Notes: a model not told the origin generated them from the sequence alone. A DNA stretch of 64,000 nt from Limnochordia bacterium (GCA_050951545.1 JBMNJG010000016.1:32001-96000), one strand, 5' to 3'; numbered from the stretch's first letter, positions 1-14,585 are shown. Translations and numbers: made by a program.

Positions 1-2
1 AG

Positions 3-170
3 TACACGTTGTTGGACTCCGCTGGCCGTCTGCAGCTACCTTTGTCCTATGTGGAGAGACTGGGACTTCAAGGACCCAGCCGCGTGCGTCTCACTGTTGA
101 TGATCAACGAATCGTCATTGAACCTCCTGAAGCGAATGCACCACCGCCCGTCACTGAAGAGCCTGCCTGA
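3..170 (+). CDS. 3' end (partial) of a protein with a C-terminal AbrB/MraZ-like domain, probably a LolD-type ABC ATP-binding protein
   Basis: Frame 3 reads YTLLDSAGRLQLPLSYVERLGLQGPSRVRLTVDDQRIVIEPP...*. The LDxAGRLQLP motif is typical of this C-terminal module. Truncated by the window edge. Confidence 0.6.
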   Translation, partial: YTLLDSAGRLQLPLSYVERLGLQGPSRVRLTVDDQRIVIEPPEANAPPPVTEEPA

Positions 171-337
171 CTTTCCATGTGCAGCCCGAAGGCTATCCCT
201 ACCAATTCGGCATATCAGGGCATTCACTGTCTAGCCACTAGTCATGGAATGTGGCCACATATTGGAATATAATACAAATGGTACCATGATCTTGACGCGC
301 TCCTAGATACCGAACTGCAGCGAGGGGGGAGTGACAC

Positions 338-508
338 ATGGCGACCAAGTGCCCTGATTGCGGTTCCTTCAACCAAACGCATGCCTCCGCATGCAGGAAA
401 TGTGGGGCAGACCTCAACCCCAGAACAACCGCTGCCACCGCGGTTGGCAGCGCCCGAGATAAGCCCCCCATTCCGTGGTACAAGCGCCTCCTAGGCCGAC
501 GGAAGTAG
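338..508 (+). CDS. Small zinc-ribbon protein (56 aa), not in the ORF track
   Basis: MATKCPDCGSFNQTHASACRKCGADLNPR...PWYKRLLGRRK*; CxxC-x10-CxxC; GGGGGAG RBS upstream. Confidence 0.75.
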   Translation: MATKCPDCGSFNQTHASACRKCGADLNPRTTAATAVGSARDKPPIPWYKRLLGRRK

Positions 509-675
509 TCAGCATCGAAGACTCGATTAGTTCACCGCAGGCCAGCCCACCAGACATGGCCGCCAGCCCTACGGCCGGCGGCCCGAAATGTGCCCCAGTC
601 ACCCCAATAGGCTCACTACGCCGATCGTCGATGCCAGCCAAGTGAATCGGGCAGACTAGAGCTGGAGGTGAAACA

Positions 676-873
676 ATGCCGAGTACTAGCCCTGGCGTGT
701 CAGCCACGCTGCAGGCAGCCATTGATGCCAATACTGAGCTCAAAGAGGCCTTGGTTCGCACTCAGATGCCGAGGCGCTTTCAAGCCATGGTTCTCGGCCT
801 AACAGCGCTCCGACAACTGAACATGCACAGGCAGACCTCAAGAGACGAGTTGTGGCTAGAGAGCCTGAAGTAG
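676..873 (+). CDS. Small hypothetical protein (65 aa)
   Basis: Strong RBS GGAGGTG just before the ATG; hairpins follow the stop. Confidence 0.55.
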   Translation: MPSTSPGVSATLQAAIDANTELKEALVRTQMPRRFQAMVLGLTALRQLNMHRQTSRDELWLESLK

Positions 874-1049
874 CAGCCCCGGTGGTTGTCTCATCTCCTG
901 GGGGAGTGGCCATTCGGCTCTCCCTCTTGAATCCTCCCTAGGAGATTCCACTAACTACCTCGCCCCCTCGCGCAAGGCACCAAAGGGATACCCCCCTCCC
1001 ATGTCGAATACATTCTTATGGATCATGTTTTCAATAGGGGGCGTATGAC

Positions 1050-1559
1050 ATGAGTTTTCTCAAACTCTGCAGGAAGCGTAGCAGTTGTCGGGGCTACCGA
1101 CCTACTCCTGTGCCGGAACAGAGACTGCAGTACGTCTTGGAGTGCGCCCGACACGCGCCCAGCGCTGCCAACAAGCAGCCCTGGAGGATCCATATTGTGG
1201 AGGGAGAGGCCAAAAAGAGACTGGACACCAGCTACGAGCGTCCCTGGTTCACCGAGGCACCTATGGCCGTGGTTTTCACCGGAGTCTCTGGCACAAACTG
1301 GGTGCGCAGCGACGGTATGGATTACCTCATGTGCGACGTCGCCATCATCTGTGATCACTTTACCTTAGCGGCAGCGGAGGTGGGCCTTGGCACATGCTGG
1401 ATTGCTGCCTTCGACAAAGAGGCCGTCCGCAGAGCACTGGGGCTGCCACCCGAGGAAGTGCCTTTCTTCCTAACCCCACTAGGGTTCGCCCAAGAAAGCA
1501 GTTCAAGGGAGAAACAACGCAAGACTCTAGAAGAGATCGTGGTGAGGCGCACGACCTAG
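1050..1559 (+). CDS. Nitroreductase family protein
   Basis: RSSCRGY, APSAANKQPW and GLGTCWI motifs. Confidence 0.92.
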   Translation: MSFLKLCRKRSSCRGYRPTPVPEQRLQYVLECARHAPSAANKQPWRIHIVEGEAKKRLDTSYERPWFTEAPMAVVFTGVSGTNWVRSDGMDYLMCDVAIICDHFTLAAAEVGLGTCWIAAFDKEAVRRALGLPPEEVPFFLTPLGFAQESSSREKQRKTLEEIVVRRTT

Positions 1560-1572
1560 CGACCGTTGGCCA

Positions 1573-2271
1573 TCACCCCTCAGGCTGGGTTTCACTCCAC
1601 AACAAGGCGTCGAAGGGAGCTCGACGACCGGGGCACCTGTCACGACGGCATAGTCTGCACGTGGTGAAACTGACCTCTGACGGGAAAAAGACACCCGAGA
1701 CAGTCTTGTTAGGCTGCATAAGATAGGTTTCGCTGAGTCGCACACCGATCAGACTCTCCACATCACCGATCAGACGAAAAAGCTGTGCCTGCTGCTGAAT
1801 AGGCCATACTACAGCATCACCGGAACCCGGATGCATGGAAGACAGCCCGGGCAAGTCATAGACCGATTTCACATAGGCAGCCAAATGATGGCGGGCAGCA
1901 CTGAGGGCTAGCTCTTTGAGACATTCTACGCTGTAGCGCAGAAGCTCATCGTTGTACTCAGCAAGAAGCGCATCCAGTTCGGTACCACAGGTGGCAAGAA
2001 AAGGAAACACGCGATGCACGTCCGCCAGAGCCGTCCTCAACACGCGGCTCGTGAACGTGATACCATCGATGGTAACCGTGTCTTCCCCGCGCTCCTCCAC
2101 ATAGCACACGTCAAAGAGAGCCTTAGGTCGAACCACCTGCGCTGCCCGCTCAACCACATCCCGGATCTCGGGAGCGAAATCGGCTGACGACTCCACACGT
2201 AGCTTTCTCAAGAGAGCATCTGCGTCGGGCACAAAAGGGATCTCATCGAGGACTGTCACCATACCCATCAC
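1573..2271 (-). CDS. Stand-alone vitamin B12-dependent methionine synthase activation-domain protein
   Basis: FLATCGTELD, PGSG..WPIQQQ, IGVRLSETYLMQPNKTVSG motifs and a C-terminal CxxCxxxxC. Confidence 0.8.
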   Translation of the reverse strand: MMGMVTVLDEIPFVPDADALLRKLRVESSADFAPEIRDVVERAAQVVRPKALFDVCYVEERGEDTVTIDGITFTSRVLRTALADVHRVFPFLATCGTELDALLAEYNDELLRYSVECLKELALSAARHHLAAYVKSVYDLPGLSSMHPGSGDAVVWPIQQQAQLFRLIGDVESLIGVRLSETYLMQPNKTVSGVFFPSEVSFTTCRLCRRDRCPGRRAPFDALLWSETQPEG

Positions 2272-2611
2272 CTCCGCACTCAGGCCCTTTGCACTACGTC
2301 ATCGCGATATGGGCCCTCATTTCCGTAGTTCGATTTTTGGGCCGGGTCGGGCCCGTATGCGCTGACTCCTCAGACGTCTTCCTTCGCTCTGCGGCAACGC
2401 TCACCCTTCTTAAGCTCGGAAATCAACCACTGCCCCAGCAGGGCTTTTCTGAGTGGGCGGGAAACACACCTAGCATGGGGATGCGTGGCGATCCTCGAGA
2501 GACATCATGCATTTCCCAGATACTGCCTGACGTATCTTGCCACGACGACGGTGAATGAGGGACTCTCGTGGCGACAGTTCGGCGCAGAAGGATTCACAAG
2601 GAGGCGTCTTC

Positions 2612-4276
2612 ATGTTCTGTTTTCAGTGCCAGGAAACGGTAGGCAACGCTGGTTGCACAGTACGAGGGGTATGTGGAAAATCGGGAAGCACCTCCAACCT
2701 CCAGGACTTGCTGATCTACGTACTCAAGGGAGTATCGGTCTACGGTGAAGAACTCAAGAGGCTGGGCAGTACAGACCGCAGTCCAGCCAAGATCACCTAC
2801 CAGGGTCTTTTTGCCACGATAACCAACGCCAATTTCGACGATGCGCGTTTCATCGCCCTAATTCGTGAGGCCCTCAGACAGCGTGGCCAGCTGCGGTCCA
2901 GATTCCTAGCACTCTACAAGGAGAGGGCAGGAAAAGACTTCGCCGGAGCACTGCCTGAAGCGGCCACATGGTCATCGGATGACCCCGCCGTGTTCGCTGG
3001 GAAGGCTCTCTCCGTTGGCGTACTGGCCTCTTCTGACCCGGATGTACGTTCCCTGCGTGAACTGCTCATCCTCGGCCTTAAGGGAATTGCCGCCTATGCA
3101 GACCACGCCGCCGTTCTCGGTTACCGTAAAGATGGGATCGAGGACTTCATGATGGAAGCGCTGGCCTCTACCACAAAGGAGCTATCAGTGGATGAGATGG
3201 TTGCCCTTGTGATGCGCGCGGGCGAGACTGCGGTTGCCGCCATGGCCCTTCTCGATGAGGCAAATACCCAGAGCTATGGGCACCCGGAGATCAGCACGGT
3301 AAGCATCGGCGTACGCAGCAATCCTGGGATACTCATCAGCGGGCATGACCTGAAAGACATGGAGGCTCTCCTTAAGCAGACCGAGGGCACGGGGATCGAT
3401 GTCTACACTCACGGTGAGATGCTGCCAGCCAACTACTACCCGGCCTTCAAGAAGCATAAGCACCTCGTCGGCAACTATGGTGGCTCGTGGTGGCACCAGA
3501 ACCAAGAGTTTGAATCCTTCAATGGTCCCATCCTGATGACTACGAACTGCCTAGTACCACTCAAGAACAGCAACAGCTACCTCGACCGCCTCTTTACCAC
3601 TGGCATCGTGGGTTACGAGGGGGCAACGCACATCCCTGACCACCCCGATGGCGGTGATAAGGACTTCTCCGCTATCATCGCCAAGGCCAAGCAGTGCCAG
3701 CCGCCCACACAGATCGAGAGCGGAGAGATTATCGGTGGATTCGCTCACAACCAAGTCTTCGGCCTGGCTGATCAGGTAGTGGCAGCTGTCAAGTCCGGAG
3801 CTATCAAGCGCTTTGTAGTCATGGCGGGCTGTGATGGGCGTCAGAAGTCACGGAGCTACTACACTGAGGTGGCCGAGCGGCTGCCCTCAGATACGGTGAT
3901 ACTGACGGCCGGGTGTGCCAAGTACCGCTATAACAAGCTGCAGCTCGGTGATATCGGTGGTATTCCTCGTGTCTTGGACGCTGGTCAGTGCAACGACTCC
4001 TACTCACTCGCGCTGATCGCCCTCAAGCTCAAGGAAGTCTTCGGTCTTGATGACATCAATGACCTACCCATCTCTTACGATATCGCCTGGTACGAGCAGA
4101 AGGCCGTGGCTGTGCTCCTTGCCCTTCTGCATCTCGGAGTCAGAGGCATCCGCCTTGGCCCAACACTACCTGCGTTCCTGTCGCCAGCCGTAGCAAAGGT
4201 TCTAATAGAGAACTTCGACATCAAGCCGATCGGCAGCGTGGAAGCCGATATCGCTGCGATGATGGCTGGCAACTAG
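2612..4276 (+). CDS. hcp: Hybrid cluster protein (hydroxylamine reductase)
   Basis: Starts [17 protein letters not shown] after AAGGAGG; SGHD, HGEMLP, GCDG, GQCND and WYEQKAV motifs. Confidence 0.97.
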   Translation: MFCFQCQETVGNAGCTVRGVCGKSGSTSNLQDLLIYVLKGVSVYGEELKRLGSTDRSPAKITYQGLFATITNANFDDARFIALIREALRQRGQLRSRFLALYKERAGKDFAGALPEAATWSSDDPAVFAGKALSVGVLASSDPDVRSLRELLILGLKGIAAYADHAAVLGYRKDGIEDFMMEALASTTKELSVDEMVALVMRAGETAVAAMALLDEANTQSYGHPEISTVSIGVRSNPGILISGHDLKDMEALLKQTEGTGIDVYTHGEMLPANYYPAFKKHKHLVGNYGGSWWHQNQEFESFNGPILMTTNCLVPLKNSNSYLDRLFTTGIVGYEGATHIPDHPDGGDKDFSAIIAKAKQCQPPTQIESGEIIGGFAHNQVFGLADQVVAAVKSGAIKRFVVMAGCDGRQKSRSYYTEVAERLPSDTVILTAGCAKYRYNKLQLGDIGGIPRVLDAGQCNDSYSLALIALKLKEVFGLDDINDLPISYDIAWYEQKAVAVLLALLHLGVRGIRLGPTLPAFLSPAVAKVLIENFDIKPIGSVEADIAAMMAGN

Positions 4277-4402
4277 ACGGAAGCGATATGAAGCGGTTCC
4301 CGGGGGGCCAAAGCGATGATCGCGAGGAATCTGCACGAGACGAGTGCGCCGGGGCCTACCCAGAAGACGGTCTTTGTCGACGACTAGAAGCATGAAGACG
4401 GG

Positions 4403-4446
4403 AAAAGCAAAACCCCTTGAGCCGCAACGCAAGGGGCTTTGCTTTT
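4403..4446. terminator. Bidirectional intrinsic terminator between hcp and tRNA-Asn
   Basis: AAAAGCAAAACCCCTTG...CAAGGGGCTTTGCTTTT inverted repeat. Confidence 0.75.
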
Positions 4447-4450
4447 CTAT

Positions 4451-4525
4451 TGGCTCCCCGGGCTGGACTCGAACCAGCAACCACCCGGTTAACAGCCGGG
4501 TGCTCTACCATTGAGCTACCGAGGA
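4451..4525 (-). tRNA. tRNA-Asn(GTT)
   Basis: Reverse complement TCCTCGGTAGCTCAATGGTAGAGC...CTGTTAA...GGTTCGAGTCC...GGGGAGCCA folds as a cloverleaf with encoded CCA. Confidence 0.96.
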
Positions 4526-4557
4526 AGGTCTGCGCAGCTACTATGGTCAACACCAAT

Positions 4558-4587
4558 AGGATAGCACGCCCTCGGAGGACATGTCAA
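4558..4587 (-). promoter_or_regulatory. Sigma-A promoter of tRNA-Asn
   Basis: TTGACA-18nt-TATCCT on the minus strand, overlapping a GCCCTCGGA..TCCGAGGGC hairpin. Confidence 0.65.
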
Positions 4588-4604
4588 GTCTTCCGAGGGC
4601 TGGC

Positions 4605-6320
4605 CAGGACTTCCGCAAGGAACCGCCGCTGGTCCCTGACGAGGTGCGCGCTCCTTCGTCCTGCTGTCTCTTCACTTCGCTCCGGTCATTCGGGTGGCTC
4701 GCAGGTAATAAGGCCCCCTTACCCCCAGAGAATACGTCTACTGCGGCCCGAGGTAGTTATTCTCCCGTGTGCAGATCGGCCTTCTCCGACCTACGTAACG
4801 ACTACCATCTCTCTAGGTGGGTAGGCCTTTTCCCTCACCCGCCTGCGAGCCAGATAGGCCACCACGACCATGCCGTCGCGGATCTGCCGCATGACTCCCC
4901 GCAACGTCACTCTGCCCCACTTGTAGGACCGTAGGTTGCGCCTCACAAACAGCTGAAACAGGTTGTAGGCCATGACGAATAGCGTGAGCAAAACCTCAAT
5001 GACTTGTGGCTCGTAGCAGTAGGCATGGCCTAGGTGGAAATGATGCTTCAGGAAATGGAACCCACCATTCTCGATGTCCCAGCGCCGGTGCGCTATCTTC
5101 CACACAGTCAGTGCGGGCATTATCTTCCTGCTGGCATTGGTCACAAAGTGAGTGGTTACCTCCTGCTCTTTGATCGTCTCACCGGCCGCGTTGAGCTCCC
5201 TGCGTATCTCACGAACCTTAATACAGCGCAAGGGCTCATTCACGCCCTCCCAGCTGGTGAAACCCTCGTCCTCCCAGGTCTGGACATCATACACCGTATT
5301 GCTTTCGGCCTTCAATCGAACACGCCGGTGTACCTCGTTGGGGCTTTGTCCTTCAAAAAGAGCATCGGCATCCTTGATGATGTTGTAGTCCTCCTGCTTT
5401 ACCCGAACGATAACATGCTTATTCTGTCCCAGTACGGTGTTAAGAAAGGGGCTCCCAGCGAAACCGGCGTCCACGGTCACAACATCGCAAAACCGGCAAT
5501 GACGCTGATAGAGGTCCTTAAGCACGGCTCGGGCGACAGTCGTCTCTTCCTGTCCGGCCGGTATGCGCACCATGTCTAAAAGGAGATTTGTCCCTGATGC
5601 GCTCACATACTGGACGCCTAGGGCATGCTCCAGATACCTTTCCTTCTCGACACTTCCGCCATGCACGTCCTTCCGATGGTGACCTGCATGGCCCAAACGC
5701 TCGCTCTTGGTCGAGAACAACCCTGTGCCGTCGATTGCCACGACGCGGAAACCCTCAACCCGTGTCTGGTCCAACGCCTTGTTCCTTCTGGCTTTGGTGA
5801 TGATGGCGTCACTTGCCCGTACAAGACTGTCGCGGTCAACCCGCTCAAAAGCGTAGATGAACGTATCAGCACTAGGGCGGTCCGTGCCAGCTACACCATC
5901 ATAGCTACCGTCACGGATGGCCTCCGCCAACTGATTCATGCTACGAATCCCCGTAACAATGCCTATCATCATCTTCCATGTTAGGCCAGGCAATCCGTAA
6001 CGCGGCCGGACCCGGCCATCCTTAACCTGCCGAAGGTGTTGCTCAACGCCGTAGGTTCCATTACAATAGTTAACGAACCGTTCAAACACATCTGCCATGT
6101 TTCCCCGTAGCCCCTTTCGCAGCGGCTGGTAACTACTGCATTCGGCAGCTACGGGGATTCTCTTCTTACGCCACCAGAAGTCTTTATCTTCACATCCGCG
6201 CCAACCGCGCGAATTGACTGACAGAATTTTCGAACAAGGTCCCTCTTCCCGCTAGGCCCCCAATACCCCTTCATAGGCCCTTTCAGGGTGCCTTCAACTT
6301 AGTGGCTTGCGGAAGTCCTG
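4605..6320 (-). mobile_element. Complete insertion sequence (1716 bp), DDE_Tnp_1 type, ISAs1/ISNCY-like
   Basis: Perfect 15-bp TIRs CAGGACTTCCGCAAG (4605-4619) and CTTGCGGAAGTCCTG (6306-6320); 9-bp TSD AGGGCTGGC at 4596-4604 and 6321-6329. Confidence 0.93.
4791..6098 (-). CDS. DDE transposase (435 aa)
   Basis: VAIDGT, VTVDAGF and RRWDIEN..FHFLK catalytic motifs; lies inside the TIRs. Confidence 0.92.
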   Translation of the reverse strand: MADVFERFVNYCNGTYGVEQHLRQVKDGRVRPRYGLPGLTWKMMIGIVTGIRSMNQLAEAIRDGSYDGVAGTDRPSADTFIYAFERVDRDSLVRASDAIITKARRNKALDQTRVEGFRVVAIDGTGLFSTKSERLGHAGHHRKDVHGGSVEKERYLEHALGVQYVSASGTNLLLDMVRIPAGQEETTVARAVLKDLYQRHCRFCDVVTVDAGFAGSPFLNTVLGQNKHVIVRVKQEDYNIIKDADALFEGQSPNEVHRRVRLKAESNTVYDVQTWEDEGFTSWEGVNEPLRCIKVREIRRELNAAGETIKEQEVTTHFVTNASRKIMPALTVWKIAHRRWDIENGGFHFLKHHFHLGHAYCYEPQVIEVLLTLFVMAYNLFQLFVRRNLRSYKWGRVTLRGVMRQIRDGMVVVAYLARRRVREKAYPPREMVVVT

Positions 6321-6326
6321 AGGGCT

Positions 6327-6894
6327 GGCGAGCTACTCTCCCGCGCCTTCAGCTGGCCTTTGCTTCGCAAAGTCTCAGCTGTGGCACCGGTTGCCCAGGG
6401 GCAACCCTGTGAGCTCCAGCAAAAGCAAACGTCCCGCACTTGGCGGGACGTCTAAGGGTTTTGCCGGCGGCGAGCTACTCTCCCGCGCCTTCAGCTGGCC
6501 TTTGCTGCGCAAAGTCTCAGCTGTGGCACCGGTTGCCCAGGGGCAACCCTGTGAGCTCCAGCAAAAGCAAACGTCCCGCACTTGGCGGGACGTCTAAGGG
6601 TTTTGCCGGCGGCGAGCTACTCTCCCGCGCCTTCAGCTGGCCTTTGCTGCGCAAAGTCTCAGCTGTGGCACCGGTTGCCCAGGGGCAACCCTGTGAGCTC
6701 CAGCAAAAGCAAACGTCCCGCACTTGGCGGGACGTCTAAGGGTTTTGCCGGCGGCGAGCTACTCTCCCGCGCCTTCAGCTGGCCTTTGCTTCGCAAAGTC
6801 TCAGCTGTGGCACCGGTTGCCCAGGGGCAACCCTGTGAGCTCCAGCAAAAGCAAACGTCCCGCACTTGGCGGGACGTCTAAGGGTTTTGCCGGC
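6327..6894 (-). repeat. Four 142-bp tandem repeats downstream of 5S rRNA, each with a terminator and a copy of the 5S 3' end
   Basis: Units start at 6327, 6469, 6611 and 6753; the real 5S segment continues the register at 6895. Units differ only in TTCGC vs TGCGC in one hairpin loop. Confidence 0.97.
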
Positions 6895-7005
6895 GGCGAG
6901 CTACTCTCCCACAGGGTTGCCCCTGCAGTACCATCACCGCTGGAGGGCTTAACTGCCGTGTTCGGGATGGGAACGGGTGGGTCCCCTCCGCCATTGCCAC
7001 CGACA
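6888..7005 (-). rRNA. rrf: 5S rRNA
   Basis: Reverse complement contains CCCGTTCCCATCCCGAACACGG..GTTAAG..GATGGTACTG..GGGAGAGTAG. Confidence 0.96.
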
Positions 7006-7084
7006 AAGTCTCCAGGTGCTGTGCACCCTCACAACTGCACAGAAGATAAGATGACGATTGCTGCCTGAGAGCTTACTACTTTTA

Positions 7085-10068
<2,984 letters not shown>

Positions 10069-10334
10069 GATTAAGCCCGCGTGTGCTCTTTTGAGCCACG
10101 CTAGGTTTGTAAGTCTCCTCAGGCAACTAGGAGTCGCCATGATGGTCGAGGGACCATCAAACGATCTCCATACACACCTCACCGCGTCGATGTCAGTCGC
10201 GGCAGGTGTGTGTATCGTCACCTTTTCTCCTCTGTGCAGTTGTCAAGGTGCAAAGACTGCTCCAGTCCCTGGCAACTAAACAGCGTACATCAGCAAGGGC
10301 CGACCTAGGAGTAGCCAAGACTGACCGCCTTGGC

Positions 10335-11855
<1,521 letters not shown>

Positions 11856-12113
11856 GCTGGTATCATTACGGTGCTAGGCACCGGAATAATCTTGGATGCT
11901 TACCTGGCTTCTTCGAAATTACTCGTAGAAGCTCGCACCTCTCAGAGTTGCTACTCCGAGAAGTGTTCATAGGTTTCTCAAGCTCGCTACCAATCCATTA
12001 CGATCGGCGCTCGCTTTCCCTTGCTTCTTTTTGCACGCTGTTTAGTTGTCAAGGACCAGAGTGTGCCGCCCGTTAAGCGCTTCTCAAAGCAGTGCTCTCG
12101 AGGCAGCTTGTGC

Positions 12114-12142
12114 ATTGTATCATGCCATCTTAGGCATGTCAA
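12114..12142 (-). promoter_or_regulatory. rRNA operon sigma-A promoter
   Basis: TTGACA-17nt-TACAAT. A processing-stem/boxA-like GGTCCTTGACAACTAAACAGCG near 12035-12057 pairs with ~10265-10286. Confidence 0.8.
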
Positions 12143-12224
12143 GCGCCCGTGATCACTGATGATCACTCACTCATGACTGAGCCTATCCCCTACTTGACCT
12201 CCTCAACTTGGAGCTACGAGGCAG

Positions 12225-13727
12225 TCATTGCTCACGCGGCCTCAGATGGGGGAAGAAGAGAACCTCGCGAATAGAGGGTGAATTCGTAAGCAACATCACC
12301 AGGCGATCTAGCCCTATGCCCAAACCCGCTGCCGGTGGCATACCATACTCCAACGCCCGCAGAAAATCCTCGTCCAGAAACTGCGCTTCTTCGTCCCCAC
12401 GCTCACGAGCCCGCATCTGCTCTTCCATGCGATGGCGCTGGTCAATAGGATCATTTAGCTCGGAGAAACCGTTGGCGATCTCCCAGCAGTTGGCGTAGGC
12501 CTCAAAGCGATCTGTGACCTTAGGGTTTTCAGCGTTCCGCTTCGCAAGAGGTGACACCTCCACGGGATGGTGAGTGACAAACGTAGGTTGAACCAGGGAG
12601 CTCTCTACTCGATCCTCAAAGATGGCGTTTAGGACCTCTCCAGCACTCGCCGTGGGGGGTACCGCCACTCCCAGCTTCGGCGCCTCTGCCCGAGCCGCTC
12701 GATCCTCCATCGTCAGAAAATCAAGGCCCGTATGTTCCCGCACCAGCTCCGCCATTGGCGTACGGGGCCACGGCGGGGTAAAATCCAGTATTATGTCACC
12801 AAAGGGCACCTGGGTAGAGCCAGTCACTGCTACGGCGACGTGGGCCACCAACTCTTCTGTCAGGACCATCATGTCGAGGAAATCGGCGTATGCCCAGTAG
12901 GCCTCCATTGCTGTGAACTCCGGATTATGCTTGGTGGAAATGCCTTCATTTCGGAAGTTCTTCCCGATCTCGAACACACGGTTGATTCCACCTACGAGCA
13001 GACGCTTCAAGTAAAGCTCCGGAGCAATCCGCAGATAAAGCTGCATATCCAGTGCGTTATGATAGGTAAGGAACGGCCGAGCGTTAGCCCCTCCAGCGAT
13101 GGGATGGAGAACTGGCGTCTCGACCTCTAGAAAGTCGCGAGAGACAAGGTATTCCCGCATGCTACTGATGGCCGCGCTGCGAGACCGAAAGATCTCACTG
13201 ACCTGCGGATTGGCTATCAGGTCTAGATAACGCATCCGGTAGCGCAGTTCGACGTCTTTGAGACCATGCCACTTCTCCGGCAGAGGCCGCAAGGCCTTTG
13301 CCAGAAGCTCAAAGCCCTCAACCTCTACGCTGATCTCTCCTCGCCGCGTGCGAAACACAGTCCCACTGAGCCCAACGATATCTCCGATATCAAGGCGTCG
13401 AAAGTCCTCATACGCCTCCTCGCCTAGCTTGTCTAGGCGAGCATACAGTTGAAGACGCCCTGAAGGATCCTGCAGATCGGCAAAGCTCGCCTTGCCGTGA
13501 CCACGCACAGCCAGCAGCCGACCAGCTAGAGAGACCGCTGAGCCCTCGAGCTCCGTGAAGCGTTCGACAATCTCTGCGTTCTGATGGGTAAACGCGTAGC
13601 GACCTCCATAGGGCTGCTTGCCTCTCTCGCGCCATTCCTCCATCTTCTGCAGACGAACCAGCATCTGATCCGACACATCGTCCCCATACCACTCTTCGCC
13701 CACGTGCGGTTGATCAACCACGACCAT
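12225..13727 (-). CDS. lysS: Lysine--tRNA ligase (class II)
   Basis: LPEKWHGLKD, YLRIAPELYLKRL, FRNEG and GLGIGLDRL motifs. Confidence 0.98.
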   Translation of the reverse strand: MVVVDQPHVGEEWYGDDVSDQMLVRLQKMEEWRERGKQPYGGRYAFTHQNAEIVERFTELEGSAVSLAGRLLAVRGHGKASFADLQDPSGRLQLYARLDKLGEEAYEDFRRLDIGDIVGLSGTVFRTRRGEISVEVEGFELLAKALRPLPEKWHGLKDVELRYRMRYLDLIANPQVSEIFRSRSAAISSMREYLVSRDFLEVETPVLHPIAGGANARPFLTYHNALDMQLYLRIAPELYLKRLLVGGINRVFEIGKNFRNEGISTKHNPEFTAMEAYWAYADFLDMMVLTEELVAHVAVAVTGSTQVPFGDIILDFTPPWPRTPMAELVREHTGLDFLTMEDRAARAEAPKLGVAVPPTASAGEVLNAIFEDRVESSLVQPTFVTHHPVEVSPLAKRNAENPKVTDRFEAYANCWEIANGFSELNDPIDQRHRMEEQMRARERGDEEAQFLDEDFLRALEYGMPPAAGLGIGLDRLVMLLTNSPSIREVLFFPHLRPREQ

Positions 13728-13847
13728 GCCTCCAAATCACTGGCTGTTGCCCTGCTCACAAACAGCAGACCTGTCTACACATACAAAGAGAGGCCAGCAT
13801 AAGCCAGCCCCAATGCCCTGCTACCATACCTTAGCATAGCCCATCAT

Positions 13848-14324
13848 CTACCGGGCAATGCCGACAACCTGATAGCGTAGCAACCCCGCCGGGGCGTGTA
13901 CCTCAACCACTGAACCGACGCTCTTCCCCATCACTGCCTTACCTACAGGCGACTCATTACTGATCTTTGCCGCGCTCGGATCCGCCTCCGCAGATCCCAC
14001 CAGAACGTAGTCGAACTCTTCGCCAGACTCCAGATCCTTGAGCTTGACCCTTGTGCCAAGAGATACAGCACCATCAGTTACTTCATCGTTGTCGATAAGC
14101 CGCGCATTACGCAACCACTTCTCTAGCTTAAGCACGCGCCCTTCCACGAACGCTTGCTCATTCTTGGCATCGTCATACTCCGAGTTTTCGGAGATGTCAC
14201 CAAATTCCAGTGCTTGCTTGATTCGGGCCGCCACTTGCCGGCGCCTAACCGTCTTGAGATGCTCCAGCTCTTTTTCAAGCTTCGCCAGCCCATCAGGAGT
14301 GAGCAGTACTTCCTTTTCTGCCAT
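13848..14324 (-). CDS. greA: Transcription elongation factor GreA
   Basis: GDISENSEYDDAK and ISNESPVG motifs; start placed at MAEKEV. Confidence 0.97.
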   Translation of the reverse strand: MAEKEVLLTPDGLAKLEKELEHLKTVRRRQVAARIKQALEFGDISENSEYDDAKNEQAFVEGRVLKLEKWLRNARLIDNDEVTDGAVSLGTRVKLKDLESGEEFDYVLVGSAEADPSAAKISNESPVGKAVMGKSVGSVVEVHAPAGLLRYQVVGIAR

Positions 14325-14512
14325 GAAAGAGCGTACTTCCTTTCTTTGCGGAAATGTGGCCCGGCAGACCCACTCTTTGAGACCAACCTGCGCGACCATA
14401 GCAAGAAAGAAGCCAAATCGAGCAACACAACATCTAGGCGGCGCCTCGCCAAGGGCCAGCGCCTGCTTCATGTACTACTTCCCTTGCCTGCCGATTCCTT
14501 TTCACGGCGCGG

Positions 14513-14542
14513 ATTATAACTCACGCCGACTTGCTCTGTCAA
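14513..14542 (-). promoter_or_regulatory. Sigma-A promoter for greA-lysS
   Basis: TTGACA-18nt-TATAAT, implying a ~180-nt leader. Confidence 0.7.
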
Positions 14543-14585
14543 GCGGCAGGCAAGCCCTAGATAACGAGGTACAGGCTTCGCCCGC

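Noticed and set aside
2272-2611. HcpR/Crp-type or NsrR site upstream of hcp
   Set aside because: I could not identify a convincing palindrome by eye.
6327-6894. 142-bp repeats as a CRISPR array, or as the repeated 68/99-aa ORFs in the track
   Set aside because: Units are identical along their whole length with no unique spacers, and no cas genes are present. The ORFs are by-products of the repeat and lack RBSs.
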